The notes beneath the pieces were generated by a model. The model saw only the letters and a list, made by a program, of their open reading frames with translations. It ran no database searches and had not been told where the DNA came from. Positions 1 to 8,874 of a stretch of DNA of 18,686 nucleotides are shown piece after piece (the stretch's first letter is position 1; each line of letters opens with the position of its first letter). Origin of the DNA: Elusimicrobiota bacterium (GTDB lineage Bacteria; Elusimicrobiota; Elusimicrobia; UBA1565; JACRDR01). The translations under genes were made by a program, and so were the position numbers. The stretch lies in NCBI GenBank assembly GCA_041694815.1, contig JBGFSC010000048.1, positions 1 to 18,686 of the forward strand, given 5' to 3'.

Positions 1-120
1 TCACAAAGAAAAAAGAAGCAAAAAAGAAAGGAACTGCCGACGACGATCTTCTCACTCACCCCAAACATCAGGACGTTTCTATTCTCCTTAACTACCGGAC
101 ATTTCTATTCTCGTTTGACA
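1..120 (+). mobile_element. Right end of an IS1202/ISNCY-like insertion sequence (element continues left of the window)
   Basis: Two 16-bp direct repeats, GGACGTTTCTATTCTC (71-86) and GGACATTTCTATTCTC (97-112), are 15/16 identical and 26 bp apart. They are followed by GTTTGACA (113-120), a 5'-TGT terminus on the minus strand. Tandem subterminal repeats with a TGT end are typical of IS1202/IS481-like ends. No transposase core is visible. Confidence 0.65.
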
Positions 121-141
121 GTGTGAGAGCGCGAGACGCCT

Positions 142-981
142 TCAACTAACGTTCTTTAACTTGATTTCCTCAAAGACGACGTTGAGCCTTTTGACGTATT
201 CGTCGTAGCTGATCTGGCCCCGCGCATAGAGATCCTTGAGCAGGTCGATGGTGCGGTCCATAAATTCCTTCCGAGACACCTCCCCCTTGGCGAAGCGACG
301 GCGGAGAATATCCTCGGGGGACTCCTTCGGACCGTCCGGCCCCTTGACGATGCCCCCGATTCGGCCTCCAAGCGACTCCCTTTTGGCTTTCTCTATTTGG
401 GCCAGCTGCTCCTTCTTGAGCTTCTCGTTCTCGATGAGCTGCAGAGCGGCATCGACGAGCCCGTCGACGCTGTCCATCTTGTAATAGACGCCGGGATACC
501 AATTTCCCAGGATGACCGGGAGGCCATGATCCCCGAGCGGGTACTTGGCCCGATTAGACAGATCCTTATGTCCGGTGCATTTCTTAATCGAGTTCACCAG
601 GGTGATCGCTTCCTGGTAACTCTCCCGTTCCATCATTTCTTTGGCTGGACCGACAACCGCGTCCACCTGCCTGTCGATACATTCCTTGTAATAGACCGTA
701 AAATCATAGTACCAGTCTTTTATAAGCTCACGCGGCTCGAGTTCCTTGATGTTTAAGAGCATCTCGACCGTTTGCCTGGCTGGGCCCTCGCGCATGGAAG
801 AAGGGTCCAACACGGTACGCACTTCCTGCGCCTTGGGCGTCGGCACTTCTTTTTTCTTTTTTCCGGCTTCCTTCAGTACGCGCTTGGCGGCCTCTTCCCC
901 TTCGGGGAAATCATTGGCGCAAGCCGCGGATGCGGCTAACCCGACGGCCAAAAGGCTTAGATAGAACGGGCGTGTTTTCAT
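142..981 (-). CDS. Secreted hypothetical protein with two C-terminal SHOCT-like motifs
   Basis: ORF 142..1020. The ATG at 981 follows GGAGGAG-AATC and begins a signal peptide (MKTRPFYLSLLAVGLAASAACA). The C-terminal segments ILRRRFAKGEVSRKEF and LLKDLYARGQISYDEYVKR match the SHOCT pattern. Confidence 0.75.
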   Translation of the reverse strand: MKTRPFYLSLLAVGLAASAACANDFPEGEEAAKRVLKEAGKKKKEVPTPKAQEVRTVLDPSSMREGPARQTVEMLLNIKELEPRELIKDWYYDFTVYYKECIDRQVDAVVGPAKEMMERESYQEAITLVNSIKKCTGHKDLSNRAKYPLGDHGLPVILGNWYPGVYYKMDSVDGLVDAALQLIENEKLKKEQLAQIEKAKRESLGGRIGGIVKGPDGPKESPEDILRRRFAKGEVSRKEFMDRTIDLLKDLYARGQISYDEYVKRLNVVFEEIKLKNVS

Positions 982-1026
982 GATTCTCCTCCCGGCAAAA
1001 GCATAGTGGAGCTCAGCCAAACGCGC

Positions 1027-1067
1027 AGGGGGCTTTAGCCCTAAAGGGCCCTAAGCCCTTGGGCCCA
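1027..1067 (-). promoter_or_regulatory. Paired palindromic TAGGSC-N4-GSCCTA-like boxes upstream of the SHOCT gene
   Basis: On the minus strand, TGGGCCCAAGGGCTTA (from 1067) and TAGGGCTAAAGCCCCC (from 1043) lie 24 bp apart. The second box starts 38 bp before a TATGCT -10 (1005..1000). Confidence 0.45.
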
Positions 1068-1072
1068 GGATG

Positions 1073-2131
1073 TTATATCTTGATCCGGAGCCGGTTGCGG
1101 TCGAGAATCCACAGGACGAGCCACCAGCACAACATGTAGCTCAGCGCGAAGGCTAACGAGGCCGACTCGGGCCCCACCCCGCCGAAAAATCGGAGGCTGA
1201 AATAGGAGGGCAGATCGTCCATCAGCATCAGGGCGTAGCCCAAGCTGGCCAGGCAGTAGGCGGCGATCGCGTTGACCCCGAACACCTCGAAGAAGCGCGC
1301 CCAACGCCGATGCCCCTTCACATCGATGAGCCAGTAGAAAACCGATAACAGGCAAAGCGCGAGCCCGGAGGAAAACAGGGCGAAGGAGCTGGTCCAGAGA
1401 TTTTTTATAAAAGGAAGCCATAGTTCCCAAAGCCGGCCGCCTAGGGCCGCAAGCAGCCCGGCGGCGAACATCCCGGCCGCCTTCCGGCGCGGAGTCAGCG
1501 AAGCGCGAAGCCATTCCCCCGCGACCAGTCCCGCCCAACTGCTGCCGAAGGCGCCCAGGGTGCTGAGGAGGCCCTCGGGATCGTAGACGGGAGTATAGAG
1601 ATGCGGGCCCATCAGCCGCCGGTCGATGAAGGAGGCGATGTTGCCTTCCGGAGTCAGGTCTCCCGCCGGATATCCGGGCGCCGAGAAAATGCGCAGGAGC
1701 AGCCAATAGAGAATCCACACCAGGCCCGTGGCCGCCAGCTGCCCGCGCACGCCCGTCCTTAAAAACAAAAGGACCGAGGCGAAATAGCAGATCCCGATGC
1801 GCTGCAGCACGCCGGGAATTTGAAAGTATCCATCCGGCTCAATCGAGATCCCGCCGGGAAGCCCGATGGCGATCAGGATCAGCGACCGCCAGAGCGCGTG
1901 CCTGAGTATCTGCCGCGGCGCGTCGCCGCCATCCAAGCGATGAGCCGCTGAGAAGGGAACGGCGGCACCCATGATGAAGAGGAAAAAAGGGAAGATGAGG
2001 TCCGTGGGGGTCCAGCCGATCCAGGCGGCGTGGCGCAGCGGGGAGTAGCTCGTCTCGTTGCCGGGGCAGTTGACGACGATCATCGCCGCCACCGTAAGTC
2101 CCCGAAAGGCGTCGAGCGAGGCCAGACGCAT
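1073..2131 (-). CDS. Heparan-alpha-glucosaminide N-acetyltransferase-like (NagX/DUF5009) membrane acyltransferase
   Basis: Family motifs RLASLDAFRGLTVAAMIVVN, HAAWIGWTPTDLIFPFFLFIMG, GVLQRIG, DPEGLLST and IKNLWTSSF, plus multiple hydrophobic helices. Starts 6 nt after the ettA stop. Confidence 0.88.
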   Translation of the reverse strand: MRLASLDAFRGLTVAAMIVVNCPGNETSYSPLRHAAWIGWTPTDLIFPFFLFIMGAAVPFSAAHRLDGGDAPRQILRHALWRSLILIAIGLPGGISIEPDGYFQIPGVLQRIGICYFASVLLFLRTGVRGQLAATGLVWILYWLLLRIFSAPGYPAGDLTPEGNIASFIDRRLMGPHLYTPVYDPEGLLSTLGAFGSSWAGLVAGEWLRASLTPRRKAAGMFAAGLLAALGGRLWELWLPFIKNLWTSSFALFSSGLALCLLSVFYWLIDVKGHRRWARFFEVFGVNAIAAYCLASLGYALMLMDDLPSYFSLRFFGGVGPESASLAFALSYMLCWWLVLWILDRNRLRIKI

Positions 2132-2137
2132 GGCAGC

Positions 2138-3823
<1,686 letters not shown>

Positions 3824-3864
3824 GGACAACCTCGAATTTTAGAGGAATAACTACGGCGTAAAAT

Positions 3865-3873
3865 ATATTAGCA
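3865..3873 (-). promoter_or_regulatory. Extended -10 promoter candidate for ettA
   Basis: TG-C-TAATAT on the minus strand, about 40 nt upstream of the ATG at 3823, in an AT-rich spacer. Confidence 0.45.
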
Positions 3874-3912
3874 AATAAGCGGGGCCAGAATGGCGCGCCT
3901 AAAGACAAGAAG

Positions 3913-4824
3913 CTACTTCAACGGGTAGCTTTTGCTGAAAATTTTGGTATGACCCGCGAGGTCGACATCCTTGAATAGAACGACGACGGCCTCACCGAAA
4001 TCATCAAAACGCGCCGATAAAAAAGGACGATCGACGACAATATCCTTCAATTTCGCAAGGCCGGGCCCCCATACCGCGATCGTTTTGCGGCCGGCGATCA
4101 ACAGCATCGAATTTTTTCGAGCGAAATAAACCCCCGAGACCGATGCTCCGAAGTTAAGCCGCGCTGAAATCACATAGCCCTTATTGTTATCGAGGCCCCA
4201 CAGGGTGACGGCATCCGGAGCCTCTTCGTCAATCGAGGCTATTGTGCTTCCCTGCCGATTGAGCCACACAGAATCAAGTCCGTCCCTGCTGCGCAAATTT
4301 CCCAACGCTTCACCCGTCTTTGCATTGAGAACCCGGACGGTACCGTTCGGGTTCTCCTCCAGGATTTTCGAACCGTCGCCGCTAAATAATTTCAATTTCT
4401 TGCCGGTCCTCGAATCCCAAATCGCGCCCGTTTCTCCGCTCGCCGTTCCCATGTAGCCAATTCCGTCGGGATCGAACGACATAATCTTGGCTCCATCCGG
4501 ACTAAATCGGATCGGCTTCGTCCGATCGGAGACCTTCACCGCTTTCCCATCGCGCACTTCCCAAACAGCGTCCGACGTTACGATCCGTCCATCGGGCAAG
4601 GCTTTTTGAAGGAGCGTTTGGGGGATTTTCCATTCATAGACGCGTCCATCGCTTCCGAAAGTCTTATACACATGTGGCGCCTCTGCTCCCGACTTGGCCC
4701 GCGCGTCCTTGAGAATCTGCTGAGGAGGCGGCAGTCCGTCATCTGACATGGCAAAGCAATGGTCCGAAAGGGCCATTGCGGGGGCAGCCAGCAAAAAAAG
4801 CTTTAGCAATTTCCTGGAGATCAT
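3913..4824 (-). CDS. Secreted WD40/beta-propeller-like hypothetical protein
   Basis: The ATG at 4824 follows GGAGG-8nt and begins a signal-like segment (MISRKLLKLFLLAAPAMALS). WD40-like blades FSPDGAKI, AIWDSRTGK, FSGDGSKI, VRVLNAKTGE and VTLWG. Confidence 0.7.
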   Translation of the reverse strand: MISRKLLKLFLLAAPAMALSDHCFAMSDDGLPPPQQILKDARAKSGAEAPHVYKTFGSDGRVYEWKIPQTLLQKALPDGRIVTSDAVWEVRDGKAVKVSDRTKPIRFSPDGAKIMSFDPDGIGYMGTASGETGAIWDSRTGKKLKLFSGDGSKILEENPNGTVRVLNAKTGEALGNLRSRDGLDSVWLNRQGSTIASIDEEAPDAVTLWGLDNNKGYVISARLNFGASVSGVYFARKNSMLLIAGRKTIAVWGPGLAKLKDIVVDRPFLSARFDDFGEAVVVLFKDVDLAGHTKIFSKSYPLK

Positions 4825-4856
4825 AGGGGCGGCCTCCATGAGACCCGGTTATCCGA

Positions 4857-4888
4857 AGTATAGCGGCAGCCCTTGATTTGTCAAGGGC
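4857..4888 (-). promoter_or_regulatory. Sigma70-type promoter of the WD40-like gene with an overlapping 8-4-8 inverted repeat
   Basis: TTGACA (4884..4879), a 16-bp spacer, then TATACT (4862..4857). GCCCTTGA-TTTG-TCAAGGGC (4869-4888) overlaps the -35. Confidence 0.7.
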
Positions 4889-4955
4889 AAGATCTATCCA
4901 AATTCCCCCGGCAGCAGCGGGAGCCCTTTCATTAATATGCTCGCGACAACGCCCA

Positions 4956-5320
4956 GAGGCATTGCCTCCTTCGGAACGCGTGGCCCGCAGGGCGCTAATC
5001 CTCGACGGCTTTTCTGTGCGCTGCCCGGGGATTTCCTCCTCCGGCAATGTCTCGGGCCGTCGATAAGACCTATCGACGCACCCGCGCCGCAAGCCCCAAT
5101 GACCGGGAGAATTTGGAGCTATCCCCGGAATTTAGCACTTGCCAATATTCTCCCGTTACCGAGCCAAGCCGCCATTGTTATCCCCAAACTTCTTTCGGGA
5201 GAAGTTTGGGGATAAATCCCAAAAGACGGTCCGCCCTAGGATATTGCGCCGCAACCTTTCTGCGCTCAAAATCGAGACAGGCGCAAACGATGATGCAAAA
5301 GGTTGGGCAAAAGCTCCTAG
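4956..5320 (+). ncRNA. Candidate structured RNA or hairpin cluster upstream of the HNH gene (strand assumed)
   Basis: Consecutive stems: CATTGCC/GGCAATG (4960-4966/5043-5049), CGTCGATA/TATCGACG (5058-5078), CGGGAGAAT..TTGG/CCAA..ATTCTCCCG (5104-5155), a perfect 16-bp stem (5178-5215) and a long interrupted stem (5236-5320). No transcription evidence. Confidence 0.35.
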
Positions 5321-5393
5321 CCAGCAACGTCGGATCACGGCGCGCGAAAAAACGATGGAACTTTCTCGAGCCTCAATCGTATATATGGCATAC

Positions 5394-6461
5394 ATGTTCG
5401 AAGAGCTTAAAAATTTGTCGGATAAAGAGCTTGCCCATCGATTGGAATCGGTCGCCGGAGAAGGACGCGCCAATCTTAGCGAACTGCTGGCCCTCATAGG
5501 CGAGGCAGACCGCAGGGGTATCTATATTCCCTTCGGCATGCGTTCGATGTTCGAATATTGCGTCAAACGCCTTCATTTCTCGGAGCCCGAGGCATACAGG
5601 CGCATTCACGCTGCTCGCGCCGCCAGGCATTTTTCCGAGATATATTCTTGGATCGCCGACGGCTATCTCTCGCTGACCGCGGTTTCGATCCTCGCTCCGC
5701 ATCTGACGCCTACGAATAAAAGCGCCTTGCTCAACCGCGCCCAAGGAAAGAGCATCCGCGAGCTGCAAGCCCTCGTTGCGGAACTCGCGCCGCGGCCTGA
5801 CACAACCGATACGATGCGTCGCCTCCCTCAGTCCCATACGCAGTTGGATTCGGGTCGCCACACCAATGACGCGGCGGCAGGATCACGGAATCAATATGCC
5901 GCTGAATCCGATGTAAACAGCGGCGCTCAACTGACCGATGCGACCGCGCATAGCGACTTGTCTTCCCTTGACATGCGGAAGGAAAAACCCGCTTCTCAAC
6001 CGATTTTCAAACTCGATCGCATCCAACCTTCCGCTCCTGAAAGGGTCCAATTCAGTTTCACCGGAAGCGGGGAATTGCTTAAAGCGATTAGGCGCATCCA
6101 GGAATTACTCCACCACAAATATCCGAGCGGGCGCCTAGAGGAGATCCTGCTCGAGATCGCTCGGACCTGGCTTAGGAGCCACGATCCGGAACTGTGTCCC
6201 GCGAATCCTCCGAGGTCGGCTAGAATTACGCAAACCCGCATGGTGCCCGCCTGGGTTCGCAGCGCCGTCTGGAGGCGGGACCGCGCTCAATGCAGCTTCG
6301 TGGGAAGGGAGGGCAAACGCTGCGGCGCTAAAGCCGGGCTCGAGTTAGATCACATACGCCCCTGGTCCCTTGGGGGTCAATCGGACGATCCCGACAATAT
6401 AAGGCTCTTATGCCGAACCCATCATCGCTGGGTCACAGAACAAGTTTTCTATCGGCAGTAA
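5394..6461 (+). CDS. HNH endonuclease with DUF222-like N-terminal domain
   Basis: The N-terminus LSDKEL..ELLALIGEADRR..SMFEYCVKRLHFSEPEAYRRIHAAR is typical of this family. The C-terminal HNH/zinc motif is VWRRD..C..C..LELDHIRPWSLGG..NIRLLCRTHH. In-frame ATGs are at 5355, 5385 and 5394, so the start is uncertain. Confidence 0.88.
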   Translation: MFEELKNLSDKELAHRLESVAGEGRANLSELLALIGEADRRGIYIPFGMRSMFEYCVKRLHFSEPEAYRRIHAARAARHFSEIYSWIADGYLSLTAVSILAPHLTPTNKSALLNRAQGKSIRELQALVAELAPRPDTTDTMRRLPQSHTQLDSGRHTNDAAAGSRNQYAAESDVNSGAQLTDATAHSDLSSLDMRKEKPASQPIFKLDRIQPSAPERVQFSFTGSGELLKAIRRIQELLHHKYPSGRLEEILLEIARTWLRSHDPELCPANPPRSARITQTRMVPAWVRSAVWRRDRAQCSFVGREGKRCGAKAGLELDHIRPWSLGGQSDDPDNIRLLCRTHHRWVTEQVFYRQ

Positions 6462-6486
6462 AGAACCCCGCCCCAAAGGGCGGGGT
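6458..6486. repeat. GC hairpin at the HNH stop, either IS200/IS605-end-like or a terminator
   Basis: GTAAAGA-ACCCCGCCC-CAAA-GGGCGGGGT forms a 9-bp perfect stem (6465-6486) between the convergent HNH and kbl genes. The minus strand has only a short TCTTT tail. Confidence 0.55.
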
Positions 6487-6589
6487 ACCTCGGCTATTTT
6501 CATGAAGATGTTTTTTTGCGTTTTGGGCTTACGGCGCGGCATCAATCGTGTCAAAATGCACCAAGACATGCAACAGAACGGGAGGCGCG

Positions 6590-7789
6590 CTAAATAATGG
6601 AAAGTTCCCTGCCGACTTTCCGGAACTTCTCTAGGGCTGTTTCCAAATCCGCCGGCGTATGCCCCGCGCTCACGATGGTGCGCAGACGCTCGCGGCCCTT
6701 GGCGACGGTGGGGTATCCGATCGCCAGCGCGAAAACACCTTCCTCGAAAAGCCGCTGCGAGAAGCGGGCGGCCTTGGCCCCGTCGCCGACGATCACCGGG
6801 GTGATCGGCGTCTCGCTGGCGCCCGTGTCGAAACCAGCCTTTTTCAGACCTTGCTTGAAGAAATTGGCGTTATCCCAAAGGCGCTTTAAAAGTTCGGGCT
6901 CCGTTTCCAATAATTCGATCACCGCCAGGCAGGTCGCGGTGACGGAGGGCGGATGGGAGGAGGAGAAAAGGAAGGGCCTGGCCGTGGAGATCAGATAATC
7001 GCGCAAGGACTGCGAGGAAGCCACATAGCCGCCGATGGCCGCGAAGGCCTTCGATAGCGTACCGATCTGTATCGGCACGCGCTGCGTGAGGCCGAAATGA
7101 TCCGGAGTGCCGCGGCCGTTTTTGCCCAATACCCCCGAGGCGTGCGCGTCGTCGACCATGACCAGCGCCTCATGGCGTTCCGCAAGCTCCACGATCTCGG
7201 GCAGGGGGGCGATGTCCCCGTCCATCGAGAAGACCCCGTCGGTCACGATCATGCGCCGGCGCGCGCCGCGGGACTCCGGAGATTCCAGGATAGCCCGCAA
7301 GGCCTTCATATCCTTGTGCGGGTAAATCTTGCGCGGGGACTTGGCCAATCGCGCCCCGTCGATGATGGAGGCGTGGTTGAGCTCATCGGAGATCAGCAGG
7401 TCCTTCTCGCTCGTCATCAGGCTTTGGCAAAGCGCGACGTTGGTGGCAAAACCCGACTGGAACACGAGCGCGGCCTCGGTGCCCTTGAATCGCGCCAGGC
7501 GCTCCTCGAGGCGCTGGTGGATGTCCATCGTGCCGATGATGGTGCGCACCGCCGCCGTCCCGACCCCGTAGCGCTGGGTGGCCTCGATGGCCGCCTGCTT
7601 GACCTTAGGATGCGCGGCCAGCGCCAGGTAATTGTTCGAGGTCAGGTTGACGACCCTCCGCCCGTCGACGATCGAGACGGGCTCCTGGGCGCTTTCCAAG
7701 ACGCGCAGGCGTATCTTGCGGCCGGACTCCTCGAGCGCGCGCAGCTCCTCGTCGAGGAAAGCCATCGGGCTTTTCGTCGCCGGATTCAT
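6590..7789 (-). CDS. kbl: Glycine C-acetyltransferase (2-amino-3-ketobutyrate CoA ligase)
   Basis: AOS-family PLP enzyme motifs SNNYL, SDELNHASIIDG, TDGVFSMDGD, DDAH and GTLSKAF. ATGA overlap with tdh supports kbl over bioF. Confidence 0.9.
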   Translation of the reverse strand: MNPATKSPMAFLDEELRALEESGRKIRLRVLESAQEPVSIVDGRRVVNLTSNNYLALAAHPKVKQAAIEATQRYGVGTAAVRTIIGTMDIHQRLEERLARFKGTEAALVFQSGFATNVALCQSLMTSEKDLLISDELNHASIIDGARLAKSPRKIYPHKDMKALRAILESPESRGARRRMIVTDGVFSMDGDIAPLPEIVELAERHEALVMVDDAHASGVLGKNGRGTPDHFGLTQRVPIQIGTLSKAFAAIGGYVASSQSLRDYLISTARPFLFSSSHPPSVTATCLAVIELLETEPELLKRLWDNANFFKQGLKKAGFDTGASETPITPVIVGDGAKAARFSQRLFEEGVFALAIGYPTVAKGRERLRTIVSAGHTPADLETALEKFRKVGRELSII

Positions 7790-8823
7790 GGGATCTCCAG
7801 AATCACCTTGCCGCAGCGCCGGTCCTTGGAGGTCATCGCATCGAATCCCTTTTTAAAGTCCTTGATGGGGAAGCGGTGGGTGATGACGGGACGAATATCG
7901 ATCGATTTGGATTTAAGCAGCCGTTCCATGGTGATCCAGGTCTGAAAGATTTCGCGGCCCGCGACCCCGTAGACGCGGATCCCCTTGAAGACGATGTCTC
8001 TGGCCCAGTCGATCGAAAGCTGCCCGGCCGGGATGCCGAAAGCCGTCAGGCGCCCGCCGTTGCGCAAGCATTTAAGCCCCAACGCGACGGCGGCTGGGCT
8101 TCCCGACATCTCGAGCGTCACGTCGACGCCCGCGGGCCCCGAGACCGCGAGCACCTGGTCCAACACCGAGCTGTCGGCGGGGTCGAGCACCACGTCCGCG
8201 CCCATGCGCTCGGCCAGGCGGCGGCGGAAGGCGGAGCCCTCGACCGCGATCACCGGCTTGGCCCCCGAGGCCTTGGCGACCGCGATGGCGAAAAGCCCCT
8301 GCGGCCCGCAGCCCAGCACCAGCATCGACTTGCCCACCACCTCCTCGATCAGGGTGGCGTAGACGGCGTTGCCGAGCGGCTCCATCACCGAGCCGATGTC
8401 ACGGAGGCTCGCATCCGAATGCTTCCAGGCGCATCGGGCCGGCACCCGCGCGTACTCGGCGAAGCCCCCTGGTGAATCAACGCCGATGATCTTGAGGTTC
8501 TGGCACACGTGGCGCTGCCCGTTGCGGCATTGGATGCAGAGCCCGCAGTAGATATGCGACTCGACCGAGACGAAATCCCCTTTCTTGAAATCCCTCGTGG
8601 AGGCGCCGGCCTCGACCACCTCGCCGCAGAACTCGTGGCCGAACACGAAGGGGGGCCGGATGCGGGAGGGAGCCCAGGAATGCCAATGATAGATCGCCAT
8701 GTCGCTGCCGCAGATGGAGGCCCGCCGCACCCGCACGAGCAGCTCGTCGGCGGCGGGACGCACCGTGTCGACTTGCGAGAGCTTGGCCCCCGGGCCGGCC
8801 TCGGTTTTACAAATCGCTTTCAT
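7786..8823 (-). CDS. tdh: L-threonine 3-dehydrogenase
   Basis: Zn-dependent MDR motifs SICGSD, GHEFCG, VSVESHIYCGLCIQC..HVC, EPLGNAV, GCGPQG, EMSG, GREIFQTW and GKVIL. Adjacent to kbl. Start at MKAICK (8823). Confidence 0.92.
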   Translation of the reverse strand: MKAICKTEAGPGAKLSQVDTVRPAADELLVRVRRASICGSDMAIYHWHSWAPSRIRPPFVFGHEFCGEVVEAGASTRDFKKGDFVSVESHIYCGLCIQCRNGQRHVCQNLKIIGVDSPGGFAEYARVPARCAWKHSDASLRDIGSVMEPLGNAVYATLIEEVVGKSMLVLGCGPQGLFAIAVAKASGAKPVIAVEGSAFRRRLAERMGADVVLDPADSSVLDQVLAVSGPAGVDVTLEMSGSPAAVALGLKCLRNGGRLTAFGIPAGQLSIDWARDIVFKGIRVYGVAGREIFQTWITMERLLKSKSIDIRPVITHRFPIKDFKKGFDAMTSKDRRCGKVILEIP

Positions 8824-8874
8824 GTCACTCGACCCCCCCACGGGAACGAGTAGCCGGGGGGCTGGTCCGCCTCA

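Noticed and set aside
71..112. Direct repeats as a possible CRISPR array
   Set aside because: There are only two 16-bp units with a 10-bp gap and no cas genes. An IS end explains them better.
919..981. Lipoprotein call for the SHOCT protein
   Set aside because: S-A-A-C fits the lipobox poorly, and an Ala-X-Ala signal peptidase I site is equally plausible.
5178..5215. 16-bp hairpin as an intrinsic terminator
   Set aside because: There is no U-tract on either strand and no gene ends here. It is kept as part of the structured region.
5139..5354. N-terminal extension of the HNH ORF from the TTG at 5139
   Set aside because: It runs through strong hairpins, has no RBS, and family similarity begins only near MFEELKNLSD.
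5394..6461. Assignment as IscB, Cas9 or an intron-encoded homing nuclease
   Set aside because: No RuvC or PLMP motif is visible, the HNH domain is C-terminal, and no host gene is interrupted.
6526..6554. Minus-strand promoter TTGACA-17-TAAGCC for an antisense small RNA toward the HNH gene
   Set aside because: The -10 lacks the conserved final T, and there is no other support.
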